NCBI GenBank assembly: GCA_004764695.1
Contig: SMSO01000007.1
Coordinates: 1,371,270 to 1,435,269, forward strand
From: Schizochytrium sp. TIO01
Taxonomy: Eukaryota > Protista > Bigyra: Labyrinthulomycetes
Reading direction: 5' to 3'
DNA: 64,000 bases
Positions within the stretch are counted from its first letter, which is position 1, and each line of letters opens with the position of its first letter. This document shows, in pieces, positions 34,406 to 46,421 of the stretch. Below the pieces are notes generated by a model, which was not told the DNA's origin, did not search any database, and worked only from the letters and a program-made list of their open reading frames with translations. The position numbers and the translations under genes were made by a program.

Positions 34406-35274
34406 TGAGGATATTGTATTAATTCGACCTCAGCGATGTTGCGTTAAGGTTCTGCTTGGTCTGTGATTTATATAATCTGTGGACCTGAAATTATCTTTCA
34501 GGTAAAAAAATAAAATAAAAATCAGTCCATAATATTATAAGGTTTGTACCAGTGTGGGGTACCCTCTGCAATTGCGCACGCTACCTTTACTATGGAGCAG
34601 CCCCTCCATATAAGAGTTCTGCGCTCTCTAGAGTTATGTTGAAAGGAAGTGTCCTGGTGAAGCATCTTCTACATTGTCTTTGCTTTGTTCTATGTTGTGG
34701 AAGAAGTCCTAGTTATGTATCGCATCCCAAATTAGATCGAGTGCTGCACATGCGGAAGAACGGCGGTCCCAGTGCTTCTTTGGTTCTCTTTGTTTATCCA
34801 AGTTCGGAGGCCTCAACGAATGCCTCGAAACTTGCCCAGGATTGAGCTCATCTGTGCGCGTAATCTTCAACCCGTGAACTGAGGGCCCAAGCTGTGCGAG
34901 GTAACTTCTCCTATACATTAACTAATTCCCACTTGCCCACGCGCAATTTATCCCGCAAAACAAGACCTTGTGCTGTAGAAGTATTGGCGACCACATCGAG
35001 AGTCCCACGGATACATATACACATACATACATTTCAACCTCAATAAGGATGGGCTGTTCTCGCAGCAGTTCTGGTTTGAAGTACTCCTCCGGCTCACGCT
35101 CCCCTTAGAGCCGGAAAACCTTGCGCGGGTTTCTTCAAGTTCGTGAGCCTTCTCCAGGCGGCTGAGACCTCTCAGACATCACCTATGAAGCAAGACAACT
35201 TAGTTTACGGACCGGCGTCGAGAGGGGTACTCGAGTACTGCAGGGTGAGGAAAGTTGCAAGAGTTCTGAGCAAA

Positions 35275-35333
35275 TTGGGTCCCCAGGAGCCTTAAGCAGG
35301 AAAGGGACCATTTTCCACTTACACTTAGACTTC

Positions 35334-35376
<43 letters not shown>

Positions 35377-36079
35377 CTCTCCTGCGACGTCGGAGTTTCT
35401 TACAGTCCTGGCTGTGAAGTTTTATTTCTCCGATTCCCCCGATCCGCACAGTTCTCGTTCACAGCTCTTGGGCGAAACCAACTCTGGTACACGCCAAACT
35501 CCTTGTGCGTAAGGTAGTCGTTGCGGGTTTGCTGTTTCGGATGAAGGGCCGGGAGGAAGGACTTTGAGACAGAGATGCCTGGTCGTCCATCCAGAGATCT
35601 TCTTCAGCTTAGAGTGTATGTCTGGTTTGGAGGGAGGGTACGCGAACCCCGGATTGGAGGACATGAACACCCAGCATGCATGCTCCCGCTACCGTAGATA
35701 ACAAACAAATAAACAAACAAACAAACAGTCAGAAGATGAAAGTCCTCCCACTTAGATATAAGATCAAGTCGAGATACGTACTCGGCAGGCACGACTGATC
35801 AGCGCTCTAAAGGACTGTGTTACGAGGGATGCCATCTTCAGTATGCACTTTACTCGAACCGGTTCGAGTGAAGGCAATGAGGCAAAATCTCTGTACGTGG
35901 GTAAAACAGCCAAAACAATCACTAATGTGTGGATAGGTACACACATTTTGCAAGATATCTAGCTGGAAATAGGAGGTATGTATGCAGGTGCCTACCTATC
36001 ATGCACGAAGAGAAGCTTCTACCATGAATATGCAATTATGTTCGTCCGATTCGTGCCACCTACGTAAGCATACTTAGAT
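35275..36079 (-). repeat. Dispersed repeat B, copy 2 (inverted), with (AGTT)n tract at ~35335-35376
   Basis: Reverse complement of about 16779-17530. Confidence 0.9.
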
Positions 36080-36741
36080 CAGAACCATGCTTAGAAATGA
36101 CCTGAAGTAGAATTTCTATTGCTTGCCAGTTTGCTTTTACTTGAGATCTGACTCAGGTGAAAGAACTCTTTGCAACATTCAAGACGACTTTGTCGTAGGG
36201 AATTCAATTCATAGTGTGCGGGTAATGGTGTACCTGCCTACCGTGTAATAAGTACGCTCAGACACAAACTCGAGCAGCACGTGGATCTACTCATTCTGGT
36301 CCCTACTAGCAAATTCAAGTTCTTTGTTTATATCTCAGGACTCTGAGATCGTGGAGCATTACTTCAGGAGGAATCATATTCAGAAACAAGAGATCAAATC
36401 GAAGAGTGTTGAGGGTAATCGACAGCAATCGACCACCTTGACAGCATTTACCACAATTGTTACGTAAAGCAATCAGAAGTTTAGAACACAAAGCGACGAG
36501 CTAGAACGGGAAGACATCATGTGGTAACTAACAAGCATCGAACCAAAGTTCTCCCCGAGTCCAATTCCTCTTTTCTTCTCATTCCTTCTTTCCAATCATA
36601 AAAAAGAAATGAAAACCAAAACCAAGATTCATTTCTTAATGGTATCTCAAAGGCCACTTATATAAACCACACGCGGAAATTCTACATGAGCGGAACTTCA
36701 CTTGTACACATCAGGGCAACAGTATGTGAAAATGAATTATC

Positions 36742-39700
36742 TCAACTCCACTTCACATTACTGATTGTGAAATCTGAGTCGTTGGTAATGTAGACTGGAT
36801 AGGCAACCCCCACGCCCGAATAAGAATCATGAGGAATCATATTATGATGACAACTCGCCAAACCGTCCAGATACAGGTGAATTTGGTTGTTCTTGACATC
36901 GACTTTAACGCTGTATGTTCTGCTCTCAAATAATCCTTCAGTTATGCAAACTAAATCGTTACCTGACGTTGTCGAGACTGACACTTGAAGTTTGTGACTA
37001 TCTGTAAACTCAAATTTTGGTTGGACCGTGTCCGAGTCTCCGTGGAGAATAATCGTTCTTGAAGTACTGGGGTCGTTCGCATAGCTAAACGAGAAACTCA
37101 AAGTATAAGTCGAGGACAAGGAGCGACTAGACTCATAGAGTTCAAGCGTATCGTCTCCAAGATCATTCGTAGTTGGGGCATTCGTTGGGGGAGTTGGACT
37201 TTGCGTCGGTGTACCTGTAGTTGGGGCATTCGTTGGGGGAGTTGGACTTTGTGTCGGTGTACCTGTAGTTGGGGCATTCGTTGGTGGAGTTGGACTTTGC
37301 GTCGGTGTACCTGTAGTTGGAGCATTCGTTGGGGAAGTTGGACTTTGCGTCGGTGTACCTGTAGTTGGGGCATTCGTTGGGGGAGTTGGACTTTGCGTCG
37401 GTGTACCTGTAGTTGGGGCATTCGTTGGGGGAGTTGGACTTTGCGTCGGTGTACCTGTAGTCGGGGCATTCGTTGGTGGAGTTGGACTTTGCGTCGGTGT
37501 ACCTGTAGTTGGGGCATTCGTTGGGGGAGTTGGACTTTGCGTCGGTGTACCTGTAGTTGGGGCATTCGTTGGGGGAGTTGGACTTTGCGTCGGTGTACCT
37601 GTAGTTGGGGCATTCGTTGGGGGAGTTGGCGAACTTGTGGGCCTTTCTGTTTCATAGTCCCACATTAAGTTGTCTATTGTACCAGATGCAGTCACGAAAT
37701 TGTCTGGGCCTCCGATGTACAGCGGCAAGCTCTCGCCCACATATAGCAGCTTTTCAGAAGCAGCAAAACTAATTCTACAACCAAGATCGCCGTCTATGTA
37801 GATATTGGCAGCATCTCCTTCTGTTACGGTGATGTCTATTTGGTAAGTCTTTCCCAATTCCAGTGTAGTAGTATCGCAGTGTCTATTCGAGTTCACTGAT
37901 GTAGATATCCGAAACAGAAGCTTGCTGGATCCTCTGCCGGCAAAAACAGCTGGCTGCCGAACGTAGCCTTTTGAAGTGTGTCTGGTTCCACGCTGAATGA
38001 CGCTCTGAGGACCCTTGGAGTTTGTGTTATCAAGTGTAAAGTCAAAGCTCATCGAGTACGTGGAGCTAAGAAACACCTCTTCATCATAGACTGCATTCGC
38101 CAACGACGGTGACGCAGTAGGACTTTGCGTCGGTGTACCTGTAGTTGGGGCATTCGTTGAGGGAGTTGGACTTTGCGTCGGTGTACCTGTAGTTGGGGCA
38201 TTCGTTGGGGGAGTTGGCGAACTTGTGGGCCTTTCTGTTTTATACTCCCACTTTAAGTTCTCCACTGTACCAGATGCAGTCACGAAATTGTCTGGGCATC
38301 CAATGTACAGAGGCAAGCTCTCATCCACATACAACAAAGTTTCATCTGCAGTATACTCAATGGTGCAGCCTAAATCACCGTCGATATAGAGATTGGCAGT
38401 TTCACCTTCTGTTACACTAATCTTTATTTCATAGGTCTTTCCCAACTCGAGCTCAGTAGTTGTATTGCAGCCCTTGTTTGAGAATTCCGAAGTAGAGGTA
38501 CGGAAACGAAGCTTGCTTGTGCCCTCATCGACGAAAAGAGCTGGCTGACGAACGTAACCGTTTGCATTCATTTTCGTTCCACGTTGAATGATACTCTGAG
38601 GACCCTCGGAGTTTGTGTAATCAAGTGTAAAGTCAAAGCTCATCGAGTACGTGGAGCTAAGAAACACCTCGTCATCATAGACTGCATTCGCCAACGACGG
38701 TGGCGCAGTAGGACTTTCCGTCGGTGTACCTGTAGTTGTGGCATTCGTTGGGGGAGTTGGCGAACTTGTGGGCCTTTCTGTTTTATACTCCCACATTAAG
38801 TTCTCCACTGTACCAGATGCAGTCACGAAATTGTCTGGGCATCCAATGTACAGAGGCAAGCTCTCATCCACATACAACAAAGTTTCATCTGCAGTATACT
38901 CAATGGTGCAGCCTAAATTACCGTCGATATAGAGATTGGCAGTTTCACCTTCTGTTACACTAATCTTTATTTCATAGGTCTTTCCCAACTCCAGATCAGT
39001 AGTTGTATTGCAGCCCTTGTTTGAGAATTCCGAAGTAGAGGTACGGAAACGAAGCTTGCTTGTGCCCTCATCAACGAAAAGAGCTGGCTGACGAACGTAA
39101 CCGTTTGCATTCATTTTCGTTCCACGTTGAATGATACTCTGAGGACCCTCGGAGTTTGTGTAATCAAGTGTAAAGTCAAAGCTCATCGAGTACGTGGAGC
39201 TAAGAAACACCTCGTCATCATAGACTGCATTCGCCAACGACGGTGGCGCAGTAGGACTCGACGTAAGCGATTCCGAAGGACTTGGCGTAAGCGATTCCGA
39301 AGGACTTGGTGTAAGCGATTCCGAAGGACTTGGCGTAAGCGATTCCGAAGCACTTGGAGTTGGTTCGGCAGTAGCTTCCTCGGCAACACGGGAACAGTAT
39401 TTTGGACCTGAAAAAAATTTGCCCTTCTTATATTTCGAAGAGCCAGCACTTTTGTACAAGAAACACTTGCGTTTCGGATTCAAAGTAAAGTATTCACAGC
39501 CGTCTGTTGCATAGCACAACGAGCCACACTCTGCAGCAGTCTGAACCTTTTTGATTGGGTTCTCTATGCCAGAGACTTTCTTCACGTTAGTATACTGCTT
39601 ATTAGAAACGTAGCAGCTTGTGTCTGACAGCAAAGTTGGAGCAGGAGTAGGGCTTCCTGTGGAGGCCGTATCAGTAGTGCTTCCTGAAGAAATCGCAGCA

Positions 39701-40401
39701 CAAGACTCCGCAACTGCATCAGAGCTTGAGGAGACTTCTTTTACATACAATGGAAGGATATCAGACGAAGTAAAGACGTTGTCTGCATCATCGATATTAT
39801 TTGTTGGAACATGAATCACAGCTACATCGTTTGCTACAGCCTCCTCCACAAGGTTCTCCAAGCAGGACTGCAAAGAACTGGAGGTCAGCTCCGATGCGTC
39901 TGCAATGTTGTCACAAACATCATAGACAGATGTCGACGGGTTAGACGGAATATCGAGGACACCATCGGCAACGATGATAATGACTTTTTGACTCGAAGAA
40001 CGGCCCTGGTCGTCCAAGATTTTAAGCGCGTAATCTACGGCAAAAGGGAGACTCGAACTTTCTGTATTGACACGAGAAAGCTTTCCTATTTTGGCGTTTA
40101 GCTTTCCTTTATTTTTGAATGTGCCAAATGGAAATTTGTTCGTGATACTGTCAGTATAGCCGTACAGAGCGAAGTAGTCATCATCGGTACTCGTTCCAAC
40201 ATCGAAGTTTTTCACAATGCTCTTGCAAAGAGCCTTGATCTTGTTGAACTCGGCCTTCGATGAGCCGGATTCATCGACCATCATGACGATGTCACGGGGA
40301 TAGCATGAGCTTGCGCTTGCTGCAGCAGCATCATATGCAGCGATCAACACCGCAGCAAATGCTACAAGGCAGGCAAACCCAAATTTATTTACTTTTATCA
40401 T
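36742..40401 (-). CDS. Secreted adhesin-like protein 4: SP-VWA-PAN/apple-3x ConA/LamG-like-mucin repeats-ConA/LamG-like
   Basis: N-terminal part nearly identical to copy 1, with an extra 543-bp module duplication (antisense ORFs 38193 and 38736 are offset by 543). About 10 x 48-bp repeats at 37165-37645 and a different terminal module. Confidence 0.85.
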   Translation of the reverse strand: MIKVNKFGFACLVAFAAVLIAAYDAAAASASSCYPRDIVMMVDESGSSKAEFNKIKALCKSIVKNFDVGTSTDDDYFALYGYTDSITNKFPFGTFKNKGKLNAKIGKLSRVNTESSSLPFAVDYALKILDDQGRSSSQKVIIIVADGVLDIPSNPSTSVYDVCDNIADASELTSSSLQSCLENLVEEAVANDVAVIHVPTNNIDDADNVFTSSDILPLYVKEVSSSSDAVAESCAAISSGSTTDTASTGSPTPAPTLLSDTSCYVSNKQYTNVKKVSGIENPIKKVQTAAECGSLCYATDGCEYFTLNPKRKCFLYKSAGSSKYKKGKFFSGPKYCSRVAEEATAEPTPSASESLTPSPSESLTPSPSESLTPSPSESLTSSPTAPPSLANAVYDDEVFLSSTYSMSFDFTLDYTNSEGPQSIIQRGTKMNANGYVRQPALFVDEGTSKLRFRTSTSEFSNKGCNTTTDLELGKTYEIKISVTEGETANLYIDGNLGCTIEYTADETLLYVDESLPLYIGCPDNFVTASGTVENLMWEYKTERPTSSPTPPTNATTTGTPTESPTAPPSLANAVYDDEVFLSSTYSMSFDFTLDYTNSEGPQSIIQRGTKMNANGYVRQPALFVDEGTSKLRFRTSTSEFSNKGCNTTTELELGKTYEIKISVTEGETANLYIDGDLGCTIEYTADETLLYVDESLPLYIGCPDNFVTASGTVENLKWEYKTERPTSSPTPPTNAPTTGTPTQSPTPSTNAPTTGTPTQSPTASPSLANAVYDEEVFLSSTYSMSFDFTLDNTNSKGPQSVIQRGTRHTSKGYVRQPAVFAGRGSSKLLFRISTSVNSNRHCDTTTLELGKTYQIDITVTEGDAANIYIDGDLGCRISFAASEKLLYVGESLPLYIGGPDNFVTASGTIDNLMWDYETERPTSSPTPPTNAPTTGTPTQSPTPPTNAPTTGTPTQSPTPPTNAPTTGTPTQSPTPPTNAPTTGTPTQSPTPPTNAPTTGTPTQSPTPPTNAPTTGTPTQSPTSPTNAPTTGTPTQSPTPPTNAPTTGTPTQSPTPPTNAPTTGTPTQSPTPPTNAPTTNDLGDDTLELYESSRSLSSTYTLSFSFSYANDPSTSRTIILHGDSDTVQPKFEFTDSHKLQVSVSTTSGNDLVCITEGLFESRTYSVKVDVKNNQIHLYLDGLASCHHNMIPHDSYSGVGVAYPVYITNDSDFTISNVKWS

Positions 40402-41511
40402 GGAGGATATTGTATTAATTCGACCTCAGCGATGTTGCGTTAAGGTTCTGCTCGGTCTGTGATTCACAATCTGTAGACGTGTTGTAGTTTATTTTGAAGT
40501 GATTAAGGATAGAACTAATCTTGTCGTAGTCTTTGCATTATGTCTTCTCTTCAGAATGGGCTTTTATTATAAAATCCAAATAACACGACAGGCACGTCTC
40601 CGCACGATATGCATTTCCAGTTGAACTATTATCTACATATTGCAGTTTTATGTTTTATCGAAGGGACGTGTCCTCAGATAGTTGATTCTATTAACCTCAA
40701 AATGGATAATCTCGAGGACCCCATCCAAAGTTAGGTCAAGGGCTGGACAGATGGAAGACTGCAGGGGTCCGATTTCTGGTTTTACTAGTGATTCTGCATT
40801 ACGTATACTGAGAAGTCTGTTTGAGCGCTATTATAGCTTGGATCAACGAAACACTAGAGCCAAGAGTATAATCATCGGTTGACGCTATTTCTAGCCAACT
40901 AAGAAGTTGCTAATTAAGTTATAACTAGACTAAGACTTTTAAAAGAGCGCGGCAAGATGGCTGCCGTGGTAGAGTGAAGGTACACAAGCACTGAGCAGCA
41001 CCTGGCCCATGGATTGAAGCAATTTCGATTGATGATAGCTCTTTAAAAAAAGAAAATTAAAATTGCTTAAAAGGAAATTTGACTTAAAAGTTGGTTTGTA
41101 AACACTAATTTGTGGTAACGGATCAATACTTTATCCCTCTTCAAAACTTCTGAAGTAATTGCGGTACTAGGTAGATATGTCCCCAGTAACATATAACATG
41201 CATGTTTTAGTAATAGATTTGAAAGACTGTAATTCTAAAGGGCAGGTTGTGCTTCAGTGGCAAGGAAGATTGTTTATACATCGGAGGATTGTTAGCAGTG
41301 AGAAGAGATCCGCTCAACAGCTTTGACGTTGTTTCGATAAGGGTTGTTTTGACTGGAATAATGAATAAGATAATAGTAGCGAGGGTTCGCACGAAACCTA
41401 AACTTATCCTTTTTCTTTTCGTATGCCCGCTCGCGCGGAGTGCGTCCCTGGGCCTAGCTGGTGATATATATTGTTTTTGCTCATGGCTACTTTCTCCTCT
41501 TTGCTGCTCCT
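40402..41511 (-). promoter_or_regulatory. Upstream region of adhesin 4, duplicate of 24274-25388
   Basis: Direct sequence match by eye; function inferred from position. Confidence 0.6.
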
Positions 41512-44500
41512 CACAGTTTAAATGAATCTGTGGTGCGTACCGGTCCTCCTTCTTACGAGTGTTTACCTAACTTGAGGTTATAAGGAGTATCGATTAGTTA
41601 GGTTAACAACAGCGTAACTCGACTTTAAGGTCTATATATGATGACAGACCCTAAGCCACTTAGAGATGGCTATACAAAATTACAAAATTAGTTCAAGCAA
41701 CAAAGAGCAGCATCTAGCATCTCCTCTTGGCATCTGATGCAGAAAAAAAATGAAAGATCGGTGACTAGTTCGAGACAAAAAAAGGTTACTGGTTTAAAAC
41801 TTGGAATATTCTTTCAAACCATTTAGTGGGCTATGGTAGTTTCCAATTTAGATGCAAACGAGACTGCGGTGCTTCAGCCAGCTGGTTTGAAATAGCAAAA
41901 GAATGGTGTACTCTCCAGACAAGCTGCTTACATGCCTGAAGAATAATAGTCGAACAAACTATGCCACAATAGTTGCTAATCCCTAGCTTAAGTAAGCTGC
42001 AAAGTTTGGCGTTTGAAATGCAAGAATTTACCATTAATTGAACATGCATACCTATTATACTTAGTGCAAAGTAGCTTTAAAACAGGAAACCAATGCTATT
42101 TTGCATCTTTCCTCACCATCTTGTCCCCCAACTTGACTGAGACAACTGAGATTTATGGGCGAAGAAATTGATTGATCATAATGAGACGTGGTTATGATTA
42201 CTTAAAGGTATTTGAGGAAATGTCTAAGATGATAGTAATTAGTTAGTACTGAGACTGGTTATCTTGTTCGTGCTTGAGTAGCTTCAAATGCTTTTGGTCG
42301 CTTGGGGTATTTCGGGTCTGCTGTTTGGTTTGCTTTGCAAACTCCTCTCGGCGCTTGTATTCTTGCCTTTGTTCCTTGGATGCATCTCATGCAGTGTCAC
42401 ACGCATCACTCATCATGTCATGGTGTTAAATAGGCGTTTTTTTAAGCATTGCAAAGTCATGTCGTAATGATGTATCTGTATCTCTTCTCAGTAATCATCT
42501 GGAGTCATAATAGTCAAGTCAACGAACTAATATTAGCACATAATATAGCACAATAACTGTTTTCTTTGCATACCTTTAGAGTGCTATGGGTGAGAAGTAC
42601 GAGTGCCTTTCGTTGCAAAGTAGTCCAAGAGGATACAGCACTTTTGAGCCCAGTAAAATCTTGGCTTTTAATTTGCAAAAAGGTGTCTCTTAGAGCAAAC
42701 TAAATCTGAGCCTCTGTGCTTATTTGATTTCCTGTATAGTACCATTAAAAATCCAATGCATGTTAAGCGGACGGTTAAGTAGATTTTCTAAATCTAGCAT
42801 GCAGAATTGTCATTTTATGAGGTGCTAATGGTTTTTTAAAATTTATTTTTTGTCTCGAAGGGGGGCATAGTTTGTCTTAGTGTTTAGGCTTGGCAAATTA
42901 GAAGACTTGACCATGGGTGATTTAGGGAGTATCTTGCTCATTCTGTGATATACCATTCAGAAGTTTTCAGTCCAAAATACTCAGTTTTTTTTTTCTAAAA
43001 GAATTCCTCTTGGATTGGTGACAAGCATTTGACTGAAATTATCGAATGCAGGCGTTTTGTTTCGGTGCCTTCTGTAAAATTGAATCCATCTATAGGGAAA
43101 GCCGTATTGATTTACAGAGGAAGCAAGAGACACCTTTGTATGTAATGAAAATCTTTTCTTTTTTTAAAGAGCAAGAAGCAAGGTAAACTCAACCTCTATG
43201 CCTAAGTTTGAGTAGAGATTGAGCGAACACAGGATGTTTTCGAATTATTTCTTAGATCTTTGCTCTTTAAAGTGAATATACCCTTTCTGTAATGCACACT
43301 TTATTCGTATCTTCTGTAAAGAGCTACGTTGCACCAGTGTTCTTTCGATTTAATTTTCGTAAAGGGATACATTATGTCCGTTCAAAGACACAATGCCAAA
43401 AGTCAAACTTTTTGTTGTGTTAAAACTCTAAAACTACTCGATGATGCAAAACGGACTCTGTTCAGTTGCATGTTGTTCGGAGGAGAAATAGAAATGATAT
43501 TCAACTACCTAGGAACGTCTCAACTTACTGTATAGTTTTGTTGCCTGCTTGTATATGCTGCTGGATGCAACAGTTAGAATCAACCTAAACAAAAAAAGGT
43601 ATATGATTGTCGCGTTGAACTTATAATAGGTTCTTAAAACAGATTGTTGAGGTAGCTCGCTGATTGATGCTCTTAGCATATACAAATATACAAATATGAT
43701 ACTGTCAATGTGCGCAGCTTTTGGCAGTCAAATCCATTAAAAAAATGAAAAGATAACAATGTTGATTCTTATATTATCTTACCTTACGTCAATACAGCCT
43801 GAAAGCTCTTGGCTAAAATGTTTACTACTCTTAGATGTGCTTTAACGATTTAGCACACGCAACACTGTGTTTAATACTTTGCCAAGTGAGATAATTTAAA
43901 GCATCTTCAGCAGTTACATTGGTATCTAAATACCTAACCTACCATATATTCGACCCAGTCATGTCTTTCTGCATGATAACTGTTGTCAGTCCCATTTCGA
44001 ACAACAATTCTTTTTTTCATATTATCGTACGTGTTCGATCCATATTCATCAGGAACCGCATTTGGGGCATGTTGCATTGTCTCGACCGAACAGATATAAT
44101 TGCTACTTCCTGAGAATGAGCTATTTACAAGCACTGAAGAGATGTGGAGTTTTCCTCCACTATCCTTTGTATACAAAAGGTATGTTAGCTTTCGACTCTA
44201 ATGACTATTTAGGGGCGTAATGCTATTAGGTTAATTTTATCTAGCATTTGTTTTGCTATCATTTGAGGTATCTAATTGGTAAAAAGACGATGAAAAACAT
44301 GATAAAAGTGATATTTTACTCTGGCTAAACCAATAACGTGAAGACCTGCTTGGGCTGTCTCAAACACTTGTCATTGGAAAGAAACAACTTAAGGTAGTAC
44401 ATAGTACCGTGCCACGGAATATCAATTATTGCAGGATGCTAGGTACTATTAGGCAGTCTACTGTAAGAGGAACTATTATGAAAGATATCTCGAAAATAGA

Positions 44501-44660
44501 ATCACTCTAGGAGAGTCAAAATCGTATGCAGACTTCGAGTCATCTCTTAAGGCAGTTGCGCCCCTTGCCTAGATCCGTGAGACGTACACCGGCCCTGACA
44601 TAAGGTCAGTTCGTCTAGTTTAGGAACAACGAGCCCTGGGAGCCTTGTTGACTAGTGGTG

Positions 44661-46421
44661 ATGGAATCCGATGAGCTCAATAACAGTGCTCGTGAAGCCC
44701 TGCTACATGATAACTTGAATCGCGCAGAACCATGTTGCGAAGAAGAAATTGACCCGCTCGGATCTGATGAGGAAGGTGATGCTCATATTGTCGCTTCACG
44801 TGCATGGAACCAACAGAGATCCCGGAAGTGCTTAGTTTGTATGACAATGGGACTTGTTTTGTCTGTAGCATTGGTGATCGCTCTTCCTCTTGCTATTGAC
44901 AGCATTGTACGCCAAGGTATTCGTGGCAATGTTGTCATAGACTCTGCCCAAGCTGATGGCTTCGAACAATTCAGAAACATATCGAAAACAGGTCTAACCT
45001 ACATGGAATTCTACCTTTTCAATATAACCAATCCAAGGGGAGTTTTGCTTGGTGAAAAACCCAGGTTAGATGAAATTGGACCATTTGTGTACGAGACTTC
45101 ACAAATTCGAGAAGATTTCACCTGGAATGTTTCTGAGGATACCTTATCGTACAGGCAACACACTTACTATGTATTTGATCCTGCAGAAACCCTCCGCCGC
45201 ACCAAAGGACGATTTGCAACAGATGATATTGAAATCATCACCTTAAATATTCTGTTCGCAGCTATGGAGGTTGTTCTAGGTGATTTTTACTGGTATGAAG
45301 TAGCGACACGATTTATTTATAAAAATGACTTTGATCGACTTTTCACGCGCAAAAGTGTTCACAAACTCCTTACCGGGTACAAAGATGAGATTAAGCTTCT
45401 AGGCAAACACATTGATATTAAATTTCCTGGGCTCTATCCGAATGTGACTAAAAAGGAGGACCCCGCTTTTATAAGCAAAACAACAATGCGAGTTGGAGCA
45501 ACAAATTCAAGTCTTGTTTACGAATTGACAGTCTTCGATGGCATGGACTCTGTGAAAACTGATTGCCCGTATGGAAACAATCCTCTCCCTGGCGGACACA
45601 GCTGTCCAGCGGACGCTCCATGCTGTGAACCTTACTCTCCCTTTAAAACAAATTCCAAAGTCTCTGTTTGGGGGACCGAAATCATTAACGGGATTTGGGA
45701 TAGTGATGCAAATAAAGTTTGGGGAAGAGTCGGCGAACAATTCGCTCCGAATCTCGATCCCCAAGAGCCGTTATTTATCTTCAATGATCTCATCAAACGT
45801 ACCTTAAAGTTTGAATGCCACAACAAAGAGTCTGATGTCTTCAAAGGTATTAAGATGTTTCGCTACAGACCTGTTGCAGAACTCTTCTACAATGCTTCGG
45901 AGCGTCCTGCAAACGCGAGATACTACCAATTCGGACCTCGAGGCTTCTTGGGTAACTTATCAATCCTCGAACAAGGAGCGCCCCTGCAGGCATCATTGCC
46001 TCATTTTTATGGAGGTGATGAATCCCTTATCGAAGGTGTCCAAGGCTTGAACCCAGATCGTGACCGCCACTCCATGTTCATTGATGTGGAGCCAATTTTA
46101 GGGCAGACGATGGTAGAGCATGTGCGAGCTCAAGTTGTTGGACACATTAAACGAGTCGATTGGCCTCTTCACAGAGATACCTGGTTTCCAAACATTCGTG
46201 ATGGAACTTATGTACCTATTGGGTGGTTCGACCAAGTTTCAGAAATTTCCAACGAAGGCGTCTCTCAATTTCGCCTCCTTTATACTGCGCAAGATGTGCA
46301 AACTGGTATTTATATCGCGGGCTCTGCTGTTTGTCTTGCGTTCGCGTTCCCCTTGTTAAATGCTCTACGGATTCATATCTTTCACACAAGACACGCACAT
46401 GCACATGTAGTTTCTCCGTAA
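44661..46421 (+). CDS. CD36/SR-B/LIMP-2 family scavenger receptor
   Basis: N- and C-terminal TM segments; FYLFNITNP..VL.GEKP.LDEIGPFVY, SLPHFYGGD..L...VQGLNP...H..FIDVEP.LG and YVPIGWF are CD36-family motifs. ATG at 44661. Confidence 0.9.
   Translation: MESDELNNSAREALLHDNLNRAEPCCEEEIDPLGSDEEGDAHIVASRAWNQQRSRKCLVCMTMGLVLSVALVIALPLAIDSIVRQGIRGNVVIDSAQADGFEQFRNISKTGLTYMEFYLFNITNPRGVLLGEKPRLDEIGPFVYETSQIREDFTWNVSEDTLSYRQHTYYVFDPAETLRRTKGRFATDDIEIITLNILFAAMEVVLGDFYWYEVATRFIYKNDFDRLFTRKSVHKLLTGYKDEIKLLGKHIDIKFPGLYPNVTKKEDPAFISKTTMRVGATNSSLVYELTVFDGMDSVKTDCPYGNNPLPGGHSCPADAPCCEPYSPFKTNSKVSVWGTEIINGIWDSDANKVWGRVGEQFAPNLDPQEPLFIFNDLIKRTLKFECHNKESDVFKGIKMFRYRPVAELFYNASERPANARYYQFGPRGFLGNLSILEQGAPLQASLPHFYGGDESLIEGVQGLNPDRDRHSMFIDVEPILGQTMVEHVRAQVVGHIKRVDWPLHRDTWFPNIRDGTYVPIGWFDQVSEISNEGVSQFRLLYTAQDVQTGIYIAGSAVCLAFAFPLLNALRIHIFHTRHAHAHVVSP

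Noticed and set aside
35885-35945. LYVGKTAKT in repeat B as a GIY-YIG endonuclease fragment
   Set aside because: Single short motif without the upstream GIY strand or the downstream Arg/Glu.
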